DNA from: a virus
Taxonomy: Duplodnaviria; Caudoviricetes
Virus record (IMG/VR): IMGVR_UViG_3300007770_000016
Coordinates: 1-55,594 of that record
Reading direction: 5' to 3' (one strand)
Length of the DNA stretch: 55,594 bases
Shown here: one piece after another, positions 11,184 to 21,600 of the stretch
Layout: each line of letters opens with the position of its first letter
How positions within the stretch are numbered: position 1 is the first letter of the stretch
Notes under the pieces: model-generated
The model's input: only the letters and a program-made list of their open reading frames with translations
Databases searched by the model: none
Told to the model about the DNA's origin: nothing
Made by a program: the position numbers and the translations under genes

Positions 11184-12547
11184 TGGCTTTATACAAAAAT
11201 TGGGGAAAGAATTCTGGAGACTCCGAGTTTTTTGGTAGTTGGTATGGACCGGGAGGTACTCCTGCTTATAAGGGAAGTCAGCCATTCCACAAAGAAGGTT
11301 ATCCTTCTCAAAAAGGAAACTTCCAAGAAAACCCGTGGCAAACAGGTTATGATTGGAATAAATATTCTGAGGCCGTTCGTAAGGATGTTTATGGTAGGGG
11401 AAACTATAGCTTAATGGGTGCTATGGGTCAGGCTGGATTATACGACTACACTAGACTACAAGCAGCAGGTGAAAAACAAGTAGGCCTAGCACAAGAAAAT
11501 ATTGATCATCTTCTTGCCGGAAAAAATGAATCTATGGCAAGATCGCAGGGAATGTTAGATGCTTCTTCAGCAAGAGAAATGGAAATGGATGCTCTTTATG
11601 AAGACTATATGGCAGACCGTAAAGGAGAAGAATCTGCTTACTTTGATCAACTATTTGGGAGAACCGGAACGGGTGGAGTAATGGGAGGCATAAGAGGTAA
11701 AGTTGAAGATGCTCAAAAACAATCTAGACGCGCATCGGACCAAGCCGTAGGTTATGGGAAACAAGCCCTAGAAGACATTAAAGAATATGGTGTCGAAATG
11801 GGACAAGGGGCCCAAGCGGGATATGCTGCTAGAGCAGAAGCAGAAATTGAAAGTTTAAATAGTAATCCAAACATTCCTGAGGGGATTCGAAGTAGGATAG
11901 AATCGGACGTTAGAAAAAGAATAATGGGAGAAGGTAGACAAGTAGCAGCGCAGTTGGCCAGTAAAGCACAAGATGCCACTACTGCACAATCAAATGTGGT
12001 GGCTGGTCTTCTAACCCAAAAATCTAATTTGTTATCATCACAAGCCGAGACTGAGATGAACCTCGGAACCCTTGAAATGGGAACTAGAACATCTGCAGAA
12101 CAATGGAAAGCCCAAAGAGATGATCAATTACTCAAAAATAGAACGGCCATGAAACAGGCATTTTCCCAATTAAATAATCAAATTAGACAACAAACAGATG
12201 CTACTTTAACAGATTGGGATGCTAGAATTTCGGGTGGGATAATGGCAAAACAAGAAATAGTAGGTAAATCAATCGCTTCCTTAATGGATCAAGTAACAGC
12301 ACAGTTTGCTGCGGTTTCATCTTTAGGTAAAGATGCGGTAGCTGCAGCTAGATTACCCGGTGCTGATCAAGAGCTTATGGATAAATTTGCATCTGAATAC
12401 AATATTGATTTCAGTAGAACTTCATTAGCCGCTGCTCAAAGGTGGGTATCCAGTAGGTATGGAGATTCAAAATATAGAAACGCCTCGCTAAGGGCTTATG
12501 GGCAAATGCCTCGTGGTCAAAATGTTTACTTCAAAGATAGAGCTTAA
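11183..12547 (+). CDS. Putative internal virion / ejection protein
   Basis: Ala/Gln/Gly-rich helical protein directly after the nozzle; TAATG coupling. Confidence 0.5.
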   Translation: MALYKNWGKNSGDSEFFGSWYGPGGTPAYKGSQPFHKEGYPSQKGNFQENPWQTGYDWNKYSEAVRKDVYGRGNYSLMGAMGQAGLYDYTRLQAAGEKQVGLAQENIDHLLAGKNESMARSQGMLDASSAREMEMDALYEDYMADRKGEESAYFDQLFGRTGTGGVMGGIRGKVEDAQKQSRRASDQAVGYGKQALEDIKEYGVEMGQGAQAGYAARAEAEIESLNSNPNIPEGIRSRIESDVRKRIMGEGRQVAAQLASKAQDATTAQSNVVAGLLTQKSNLLSSQAETEMNLGTLEMGTRTSAEQWKAQRDDQLLKNRTAMKQAFSQLNNQIRQQTDATLTDWDARISGGIMAKQEIVGKSIASLMDQVTAQFAAVSSLGKDAVAAARLPGADQELMDKFASEYNIDFSRTSLAAAQRWVSSRYGDSKYRNASLRAYGQMPRGQNVYFKDRA

Positions 12548-12549
12548 TC

Positions 12550-14946
12550 ATGGCAGAATTACAACCTTCAGTTACATCCCAATCAACACAAAATATTGCT
12601 ACAGGATCCGCAAACCTTAGGGCTGAAGCGGATCGTCAGGCTAGGCTTGATACTGAAGCCAAAAGGCTTAAGGCACAGGCTATTGAAGCAGAAAATAAAA
12701 GAAAACATCAAACCTGGGAGCGACAAGAAAAACAAGAGTGGGATAGGCAACAAGCAGAAGAGGGTTATGATCGTTTAAGGGAAGAGAACGACAGGATATT
12801 AAAAGAGAAACGAAAACAACAATTACTAGATCAGCTAGATGCTGAACAAGATCGTCTAAACGCGGCACAAGCATCAGCCCAAAATCATGCCACAACTACG
12901 GCTGTGACCCATATAGACAACGCAACAAAAAATGCTTATAAAAACTATCTTACCGCAAAGAACCAACCCCAAGAAGAGAGTGGGGGGTATACTCCTACGT
13001 TTGGAGGAGTACCGGGCATGTTAGCGGGAGCTCTGTTAGGTACTACGCCAGAATCAGAAGAAGATCCTAGTTTTTTAGATCAAGTAATGGAAGGGGATCT
13101 TTACCAAAAATATGGTTCAGATGAAGCGTGGGCCCCATATACAGATCTTAATAGGCCCATGCAAATAGACAAACAAACAGGTATCGCATCATCAATTCTT
13201 GCGGATATGGACGCTGAACAAACAGACGCATTGGCAGAACTAATTAAAGAATTTGGTCCTATTAAGAAAAATTTATATAACGAAAAGGGAGACCTTGACG
13301 ATGAAATTAGTACTTTCATCGGAAATATCGGACAACAACTTGTTAATATTTCGACACTGGAAGCGGAAACCTTTCGTAAAATCCAACAACTATTTGACCC
13401 TAGTGGGGGGTCTATAGATTGGACAAAGGTTGTAGGCGGGTTAGACTCTTCCACTGGTAATGTAAGAGCAGCAGAACTTTCGACTGGTATCCCATGGGGT
13501 CTTGGGGGTTTAAATCTTCCTCTTGGGATGATAGCTAATGCAGATCAACTTCCCTTCTATGATGAAGTTGTTGGCAAGGGAGAAAGCGAATGGTTCAATA
13601 ACTATTTTCAGGAAGATTGGGCAAACCATCTTAGTAGCGTAGTTGGAAATGCTAGAGGTAACTCTAAAGCAGCAGTAAGAGAACTTATAGGTAATAGGAT
13701 GACCGACGATGAGTTTAACGGTGTATGGGGAGCAGACGGCTCCGGACTAAATACTCCCAATAATTATGTTGCTTTTGGTGAGTCTCTTGTGGGAACCCAA
13801 TTAGATATGAAAGAGAAAAAGTACAATGCAGGTTTAGCTTTGCACGTAAGAAATGCAGCTGGAAAAAGTCTCACGGCAAAAGAGCAAGCTTCCTTAGAAG
13901 CATGGCAACGACAGGTGGGTGCCTCAGATCAGAATCCTGTTTTGAATCCTAATCTCTACAATCCAGATACCCCGGGTGGGTTAGAACAATTCGCATATAG
14001 CCCTAGAAGTGTTTCTAGTGGAGTAACAATTTTAACTCGTCAAATAGCAAACGGACTTCGAGATTGGGACGAGGGAGCAGCAAATGCACTAGAAAGAATT
14101 ATGCCCATTTTACAAGACTTCGATAATGCGGAATCAACAAATGACGATGATTACAATAGAGCCTCTAGTCGAATTCAGGCTGTATTAGAAGAAGAGGGAG
14201 TGGGTTCTTCTTATCTTATAATTAGAACTATTGCTAAAGAATTAAGTGGTGCACGAGAACTAGCGGGTGGTGAACAAGGCGAAGGCACCATTGGATTACC
14301 TAAAAATGCAGGACAAATATTCGATAAAAATTTAGGATTACATGACGATGAACTGCATACCGCAACAGGTGTTTATCATGATGTTTTAGATAAGGTGAGT
14401 AATCTTGGAATGACATTCTTAAACTTAACGAATAAAAATAATACACAAGCAAATTCCGATATTCTGAGTAAGGGACTTGAGAAATCTCTACAAGAATTAG
14501 ATATCTATTCTGGTGAAACCCGGACAGTAACTATAGGAGAGGGGGCTGAAGCTGTAGAGTATGAAGTTCCTGAATTAGACACCGACTTCGTAGACAAATT
14601 TACTGGATGGGTAGAGAAAAATTTAGGGGACAAATACGGTCCAGAATACACAGATAAGATTAGTGAGTCTGTTATACGATCAGCTATGGGTGGAAACTTT
14701 GGACCGGGAATGAGTCCTATCGAAAAAGAATATAGTCAATATCAAGATGTGTTTGATCAAATGCTCGAGTTTGATTTTAAGGAAGATGAAGTAATGTCAG
14801 GGCTTAAAGATAAAGAATCTGAAGCATTAAAACAAACCGAAGATGTTGTAACTCTACGACGGAAACTAGCAAAAGCAATAGCTGCTGATGCTTCAACGGC
14901 CAATATAAAAAGAATAGAAAAACAAATTAAGGAACTTGAGGATTAA
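12550..14946 (+). CDS. Putative internal virion / ejection protein
   Basis: 798 aa, N-terminal coiled coil, Gly-zipper GGVPGMLAGALLG, acidic. Confidence 0.5.
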   Translation: MAELQPSVTSQSTQNIATGSANLRAEADRQARLDTEAKRLKAQAIEAENKRKHQTWERQEKQEWDRQQAEEGYDRLREENDRILKEKRKQQLLDQLDAEQDRLNAAQASAQNHATTTAVTHIDNATKNAYKNYLTAKNQPQEESGGYTPTFGGVPGMLAGALLGTTPESEEDPSFLDQVMEGDLYQKYGSDEAWAPYTDLNRPMQIDKQTGIASSILADMDAEQTDALAELIKEFGPIKKNLYNEKGDLDDEISTFIGNIGQQLVNISTLEAETFRKIQQLFDPSGGSIDWTKVVGGLDSSTGNVRAAELSTGIPWGLGGLNLPLGMIANADQLPFYDEVVGKGESEWFNNYFQEDWANHLSSVVGNARGNSKAAVRELIGNRMTDDEFNGVWGADGSGLNTPNNYVAFGESLVGTQLDMKEKKYNAGLALHVRNAAGKSLTAKEQASLEAWQRQVGASDQNPVLNPNLYNPDTPGGLEQFAYSPRSVSSGVTILTRQIANGLRDWDEGAANALERIMPILQDFDNAESTNDDDYNRASSRIQAVLEEEGVGSSYLIIRTIAKELSGARELAGGEQGEGTIGLPKNAGQIFDKNLGLHDDELHTATGVYHDVLDKVSNLGMTFLNLTNKNNTQANSDILSKGLEKSLQELDIYSGETRTVTIGEGAEAVEYEVPELDTDFVDKFTGWVEKNLGDKYGPEYTDKISESVIRSAMGGNFGPGMSPIEKEYSQYQDVFDQMLEFDFKEDEVMSGLKDKESEALKQTEDVVTLRRKLAKAIAADASTANIKRIEKQIKELED

Positions 14947-15263
14947 TGGATTGGAAAAAGATTTCTCGAAAGTTAGTAGAAGACCATAAAGATAAAGGTT
15001 CTTCTATTATAAATTTAACCCCCCACTCTAAAGGGGGTGAGGTTGTTAATTTATCTACAGATGACTTTTGTTTAGAACTTACCGGGAAAGAACTATCTAC
15101 TAAAAAGGTTAGAAGGTTTTTGTGGGAGAATCGAAAGAAGAGGGCCCTCAACAGAAAACACGGAATCATCTGGTCAGCATACCTTGAAGATGAAGATAAG
15201 TCCTATGTTGGAGTGGGGGCTATTACAGACCCAAAAGTTGCAGCACGCATGGAAGGTAACTAA
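14946..15263 (+). CDS. Hypothetical protein
   Basis: TAATG-coupled at both ends. Confidence 0.6.
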   Translation: MDWKKISRKLVEDHKDKGSSIINLTPHSKGGEVVNLSTDDFCLELTGKELSTKKVRRFLWENRKKRALNRKHGIIWSAYLEDEDKSYVGVGAITDPKVAARMEGN

Positions 15264-17191
15264 TGCCTTCCGAAGATCAAATTTTAAGGCAGAAGATAGC
15301 AGATGCTATGGCTAATATTCAGAATGCCTTTACGGATCAATCATCTACATATAAAGGCAAAACCACGGTTAAGATGGACATGGATCTTAATTGGAAGGTA
15401 AAGACTTTTGATGGAAGAGTTATCCATAAAAAGGGACCTCGTAAGTTTACACAGAAAATGATTGTGTCTTTGTTAAGGGACAGACCCGATTTAATCGAGG
15501 ATATTAATTTATTAACTAACGGGTTACGAGGAGAAATGAGTAAGGGTGTAAGAAATCCATCCGGATTAAATATATCTCACGCCTCAAAGTTTTTAACAGG
15601 TTATCTTCCTGACGGAGGTACCTATCCAAAACCAAATCCTAACGCGGGTAGAGGTGTACATTTTCTGTTACCCCAAGCATGGATAGATCCGAAGAGGGGA
15701 TTGTTAACAAAACTTCGATCTGCTCTATTAAATAAGAATACGGTTAGAAAAATCTTAGAGATTCCCGGAGGGGAGACAAAGTTATCCCATCTAATTGTTA
15801 ACTTAGACAGGTTACTAGATACAACAGGTTCGGCTACTGTACAACCAGAAGGAATCGATCCCCTTAAAGCGGCTAAAGAAGAAAGAAACTACTTACGACA
15901 AGGACAACAAAGAGGAGCCTTCGCTCCTATTCCATCTGCTGATCCCACACCAACGAGACCTGTAGAATTAAGCAAAAAAGATTATGTAAAGCGTTTAATG
16001 CAGAGGAATTACTTTCAAATACAAAATGCAGATCGAGTAATTGCTGCTGCTCCTATAATCATTAATAATACTGCTGTTCAAGGCGGTACAAATGCTGCTG
16101 TTCAAATGGGAATTAATAAAGGTATTCCTGTTAACGTATTTAATTTAACTGATAATCTTTGGTACGAATGGCATGGGGATTCTGAGAAGTTTATAAAGTC
16201 ACAACCTCCTTCTCTCTCCCATACAAAACGGTTCGCGGGGATAGGTAGTCGCAGATTAACAAAGCAAGGTGAAAATGCAATAAGAGAATTGTTTAAAGGA
16301 CCTATACCTAAAGGATTAATAATAGATTCAGGAGGGGCTCGGGGTGCTGATACGTTGTTTGAAAATCTAGGGAAGAAAGCTGGTTATGAAGTAAAAGCTC
16401 ATTCCTTTGAAGGACACAGTACCACATCTAAAAATAGAGTGATTCATTCTGCAACAGAATTAAAAAAAGCCAATCCGTTTCTTAGACGAGGTGCTTCTTT
16501 ACTTGATTTCTATACTCCCGGAATAACACAGGTTGGAGATCGAGCATCTAGTGCCATGATACAAGAGTTGATGCGTAGGGGTTTATTGGAAGAAGGTAGA
16601 AGTGGAAAGTATTTAACTAGTGCCGAGGCTGGGTTATTGATTGATGCGGATATAGAAAAGGGTATATCAGAGGCTAGATCGAAAAGGGTAAGTACAAAAG
16701 ATCCCGTCTCAAGTTTGATTAAAACCGAACTTCCTAGTGGTAAAGTGACAGAGATAGGAGATATTGTAGAGGGGAGTAAAAAAGGAAAACCCATACCTTT
16801 TGGTTATGGCCCAAGCAAATATTTCGGTACTCCGGGAATTTCCCATCAATTAGATAAGACACCCACAAGTAATAAACAGTTTGAACACATTAAGAATATT
16901 TCTCGATTTAAATCTACTCTTCCAGGAACCAAGGTTAGTCCCATGATTAACCTTACGAACTGGATACAACAGTCTACCCAAGGTGGAGTGGGGGCTATTA
17001 ACGCTGCAGAGGCAACCGAATCTTTTGTTAAAGCAAAAACCTTCCCTGCAACATCGGAGTTTTTTACTAAGATACGTAAGCCAATACATTTATCTAGAGC
17101 TGCTAGGGGGTTACCATTAATTGCAATCCCCCTACTATTAGCAGGATTTTTTGGTACTATGAACGAAGATAGGGAATTACCCGTAAGTTAA
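15263..17191 (+). CDS. Basic multidomain protein with SLOG (YpsA/DprA-like) domain and C-terminal hydrophobic tail
   Basis: RNYFQI, GGTNAAVQMG..KGIPVNVF, FAGIGSR and SGGARGAD motifs; ends GLPLIAIPLLLAGFFG. Confidence 0.65.
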   Translation: MPSEDQILRQKIADAMANIQNAFTDQSSTYKGKTTVKMDMDLNWKVKTFDGRVIHKKGPRKFTQKMIVSLLRDRPDLIEDINLLTNGLRGEMSKGVRNPSGLNISHASKFLTGYLPDGGTYPKPNPNAGRGVHFLLPQAWIDPKRGLLTKLRSALLNKNTVRKILEIPGGETKLSHLIVNLDRLLDTTGSATVQPEGIDPLKAAKEERNYLRQGQQRGAFAPIPSADPTPTRPVELSKKDYVKRLMQRNYFQIQNADRVIAAAPIIINNTAVQGGTNAAVQMGINKGIPVNVFNLTDNLWYEWHGDSEKFIKSQPPSLSHTKRFAGIGSRRLTKQGENAIRELFKGPIPKGLIIDSGGARGADTLFENLGKKAGYEVKAHSFEGHSTTSKNRVIHSATELKKANPFLRRGASLLDFYTPGITQVGDRASSAMIQELMRRGLLEEGRSGKYLTSAEAGLLIDADIEKGISEARSKRVSTKDPVSSLIKTELPSGKVTEIGDIVEGSKKGKPIPFGYGPSKYFGTPGISHQLDKTPTSNKQFEHIKNISRFKSTLPGTKVSPMINLTNWIQQSTQGGVGAINAAEATESFVKAKTFPATSEFFTKIRKPIHLSRAARGLPLIAIPLLLAGFFGTMNEDRELPVS

Positions 17192-17201
17192 GGAAACTAT
17201 T

Positions 17202-17603
17202 ATGCCACTACCAGCACTAATACCCGCAGCAGTTCCTGTCGCAATGAAGGGTCTCAATGCCCTCATGATTTATATGTTTGCTAAAGAGATGGGGATGTTT
17301 GATAAATATACAGAGGAAGGTTCTCGGATGATGTCGGGGATGGAAACGATGAAACCCGCGATGAATGCTCCCTTCTCCTCTTCTGCTGAGATGAAGGGTA
17401 TGGAAGCCGAGGCAGATACAATGGAAAGAATGGGGGATTGGGCAAACCAAATGGGGAAAGTAAAACAGAATTATCAATCTATAGATAAGCAAAATCTCGA
17501 TAATCTTCTAACGGGGAAGCAAGCACTACTTACTAGGGCTTCCAGTTTAAGGCCTAGTATGCAACAATCAATTGCTTCACTCGTATCATCAGGAGCTATT
17601 TAG
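17202..17603 (+). CDS. Hypothetical Met-rich, probably virion-associated protein
   Basis: SD AAGGA; hydrophobic N-terminus. Confidence 0.55.
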   Translation: MPLPALIPAAVPVAMKGLNALMIYMFAKEMGMFDKYTEEGSRMMSGMETMKPAMNAPFSSSAEMKGMEAEADTMERMGDWANQMGKVKQNYQSIDKQNLDNLLTGKQALLTRASSLRPSMQQSIASLVSSGAI

Positions 17604-18178
17604 TGGTAGCCCCTGGTTTAAGAGCATTTCTTCGTACTGATTCCTTACGTAAAGCGTGGGATTTAGCAAAAGGTACTAAGGCAGGACAGGCCCTTAGGGG
17701 TGCTGGGATGTATGCTGGATCTGCAAGTAATGTGATTACGGGTGTTCCGGGTGCTAAGTGGGCTATGAAACACCCGTTTATAGCAGGTCCCGCACTCTAT
17801 TTGGGGGGTAAACATATAGGTGCAGACATGATTGCTAAACCTATGTATGAGTCCTTTACAGATGTTAATAGTCCTTATCGACAGATGATAATGGATAGTA
17901 AGCAGAGGAGAGCAGAACAAAAGTTAGCTTTGAGGACGAGAGTACAATATGAAGATGTACAAAGAAGAGCTGCCCAAGCAGCTATGCGACTTGCAGCATT
18001 AGACCCTCATCTATACAATGAAGTGATGGCGGGGCGAAGCCTTCCTAAAGACGCTGTTGTCTTTGGGGGTCAGCCTCGTACAGATTTAATGGAAGAACTC
18101 GCTATGGGAATGGCCCAAGGGCAGTTCAAAGAACCCCCATCAGCTCATGAAGAGTTGATGCAAGAGCTAGGAGCTTAA
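17603..18178 (+). CDS. Hypothetical, probably virion-associated protein
   Basis: GTG start coupled to the upstream TAG; 191 aa. Confidence 0.55.
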   Translation: MVAPGLRAFLRTDSLRKAWDLAKGTKAGQALRGAGMYAGSASNVITGVPGAKWAMKHPFIAGPALYLGGKHIGADMIAKPMYESFTDVNSPYRQMIMDSKQRRAEQKLALRTRVQYEDVQRRAAQAAMRLAALDPHLYNEVMAGRSLPKDAVVFGGQPRTDLMEELAMGMAQGQFKEPPSAHEELMQELGA

Positions 18179-18179
18179 T

Positions 18180-18581
18180 ATGGCTGGTGAAGTAGCCCTA
18201 CCAATTACTGAATGTCCTGACACTATTGCCCATACTATTTGTGTACCCTTAGGGTCTACAGGTGGTGTAACAGTAGACAATCAATACATTTTTTATGCAG
18301 AACGAGATACTATTGTAGACGATGCTCGTTTAATTTGTGGTGTAGCCGATGCTGATGCTACTATGAAATTAACCACTGCTGCTACCGGAACTGTTGCTGA
18401 TGGCACAGATTTAACGTCTGCCTTAGCAATGAGCGGCACAGCGGGTACTCCCGTACAATTCACACTAACCACTACAGCGAATCTTATTCCTGCGGGTAAT
18501 TGGATTGGCGTAGAGATTACAGGTACTAGTACTGCATCTGAATGTATGGTTCAATTAAGACTTCGAACACGAATACGCTAA
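18180..18581 (+). CDS. Small beta-rich structural protein (capsid decoration-like)
   Basis: Thr/Ala/Gly-rich beta pattern, SD AGGAG, followed by its own terminator. Confidence 0.5.
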   Translation: MAGEVALPITECPDTIAHTICVPLGSTGGVTVDNQYIFYAERDTIVDDARLICGVADADATMKLTTAATGTVADGTDLTSALAMSGTAGTPVQFTLTTTANLIPAGNWIGVEITGTSTASECMVQLRLRTRIR

Positions 18582-18602
18582 TCCTTCTTGAGTCGAGGAT
18601 AC

Positions 18603-18653
18603 AAACCGGGCAGACGGCATGTAAGTAAACGCCCTCCGCTCTGCCCGGTTTTT
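18603..18653 (+). terminator. Intrinsic terminator-like hairpin
   Basis: AAACCGGGCAGA (18603-18614) pairs with TCTGCCCGGTTT (18640-18651), ending in a T-run. Confidence 0.7.
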
Positions 18654-18655
18654 CG

Positions 18656-18670
18656 TATAATAAAATAATG
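18656..18670 (+). promoter_or_regulatory. -10 box for a leaderless transcript
   Basis: TATAAT, 6 nt, then ATG at 18668; no SD. Confidence 0.55.
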
Positions 18671-21600
18671 GAATATCAATCTTCTCCGTTTGAACCCATC
18701 CGCTCCTTTGATGCTCCGGGAGTTGCATTACAACAGATACTTAGTGACAATGTTTCAGTAGGTTCTATACGAGATTTACTTACACCCAGTAGAAGAGCAT
18801 TTTTAACTCCAGAAGAACAAGCATCCATAGCAGAAAATTTCAAGGATAAATATGGTGGTGATAATAGGGTTCTAAGGACCATGTTAGGTATCGCCACCAA
18901 TCCCTGGATATGGATGGGTGCAATGCTTACCCCAGCCGGTGTAACTGCATTAAAGGAAACGGGTTCGATATTTCTAGGTAGGGGACTATCTACGGCTAAA
19001 GGCATTAAAGGTGGCAGTGCGTGGCTGGATGCGTTAGGTGTATCTACTAGTCACCAAGCACTTAACGGTACACTATTTGGATCTTTAGCAGAAGTAGACG
19101 ATCTACTAAGGAAGAAAACTTATGCCATTGATGCTATAGAGTTCCAAAAAAGTTTAGCCCGATACTACAAATCTAATCCTTCCATGCTTAGAAAGCACGG
19201 GATAAAGGAAGTACCAACAAATATAGATGAATGGATGCAGGTAGTAGCCAAAGAGTTAAAACTAGAAAAGCCACATAAGTTTACAAGTAAAATCTTTAAC
19301 CCAGATTACCAAGGAGTCCATAAGGAGTGGGGGGGTACTATTAATAGATCGCTTTATGCCGAGTTGTCTGGTATGTCGAAGAGTACTTCGATACAAACTC
19401 CTAGTGTTCAACCGACGTTCTCAGTTTCTGCTGCGAGTTTAAAAGAAGCAAAGAGATATGGAGTCTCAGCAGATTATATAAGTGGGGGGAGTAAACCGGG
19501 AAGATTTGAAATAGATATGGATATGTACATAGGACTTAAGAGAGAGAATGACTCGGCTTTACGGGCAGGAGCTATAGACCAACCTCATGGTGTACATCAA
19601 GACGTAAATAGTATGAAGGTAGTTAAAAAGGGAGACCCGACAGAACAAATGATGCTCGAAGAAACATCTAATGTTCTTAGAGAAACATTGCATCTGGATC
19701 CTATAATAAATGCATACCGTGCTTCTTATGATAAGAGAGCAATCATGTTGTTTGCAAATCAACGAAAGTGGGACGACCATGGAATTTTCGAATTAGATCC
19801 TGACAAGATAAAAACTCTTTCTGCATCTATGGATCCCGCAGGTCACAACTCAAAGTTTTTTAAGACAACTTCTGGAGAAGTATTATCTAAGGACGAACTT
19901 AGTTCTAAGGGTGTAGATTTCTTGAGGAGCATTTTTGACATTGATCATTTTGGTGCGTTAGCAATGAGTTCTACAAAAAGAGAAAGAATTCTTACTGAAT
20001 TGATGGAAGCAACTGTGGTTGATATGTTCAAGAACAAAACATATATACCTCGTAATACATATAGATTAACTCATGATGTAATGGAAAAATTACCCGATGG
20101 TTCCTTCAAGTCTATTGGCATTGAGAAGTCAGCTTTACACAGTTCTTCTGTGGCTAATGCAGAAACACTTTCGGAGGTGAATCGTTTGGCTCCTCGTACA
20201 ACAGGAAGTAGATTCTTTCACCCCCATGATTATCAATGGTTAAGGGAAATGAATGCTCAACATGGAGGTTCCTCTTCACGTTTATCAGTACGAAATCAAG
20301 CCGATGATATAGACAAAGTATTGAAAGATAAAATCAGAGCTTCACGGGGACAGATAAAAGAAAATACGAGTAAGTCTCTACAGACCAGTATGCTTACTAT
20401 GGATGCCGTGACAGGTCATCGTAGGTATATGAAAGATACAAGTGAGATTTGGTCTCGACATATTCCACATAAGACTGTAACCGAAACAGGTCTAGAAATG
20501 CCTGACATGGAAGTATATGGACCTCTTATAGTAATAGATGAAGCGATTAGAAAGCAAGGACTTCCCGCAGGTGGCTATACAAATTTAGATGACCTCTTCT
20601 TACGCAGTACGGCTTGGAGAAGCGGAAACAAAAGATACACTAAGGAAAGTGGAAAAGCTGGGGATATGCCAGCCGAGACTTGGGATACAACTTTAGAAGA
20701 TCTTATAGTAGGTGCAAGGGATGATCTTGGAGATCTTACGGGTGCTCCTCTAGCAGCAAATGCACCAGATGGAGGCGTAACTATTGGTGACATCATGGCA
20801 CATACTTACGCTTCTATGAAGAATACTTATGCTGCAGACATAGCGAAGGATGTTTTGCTTCCTTATATTTCTAGTCGTGTTACGGCTAAACATAGTGCTA
20901 TGAGATCTGTTCAATTGGCAACGCAAGAGAATCTAGCCTCGTTTGCTAACAGTTGGTTAGGTAAGAAAATAGAAACCTTTGGTCAACCAGGAAAAGACTT
21001 CATAAATTCTATGAAGACCATGTCTACATACGAAAACATAACAAGCAATATGGCTAAGGGTTTGTATGTAGGATTTCTAGGTTTAAATATGTCTAGTGTT
21101 ATGCTTAACATGATGCAACCGCTTCTCCATGCTGCAATGTGGGGCGGCTTAGGTAATGTTATGCCAGCATATCTAAAGGCCTTTTCAGAAATAGCGGGGT
21201 ATGCTGCGGATAGGGCTAAGTTGGGATGGAAAATATCAAGTGGTAAACGTGCAGAACTAAACCAAAAACATTTTAAACATATTGGTGAGGGTCTTGACAA
21301 TGACTTACTTGGGGTTCAACCCGATGTCTTTGCAAATATTGAGGGTGCTTCATACGCAGGAGTTCAAGGATATGCAACGGAGGGCAATCTTCATTACTTA
21401 ACAATGACCCTTCCCATGAAGTTGTTTGAAAAAGCAGAGCTTATGAACCGTCTTACAACTGCACACATGGTAGATGGGTTATATAAAAGGGCAGGAATTG
21501 TAACTCCCAAGATGCATACACGGGGAGTGTGGAATGAAGAACAAAAGAATCTATACCGTAAGATGATCGATACTAAGAGGATGGTTCAGGAGGCACAGTT

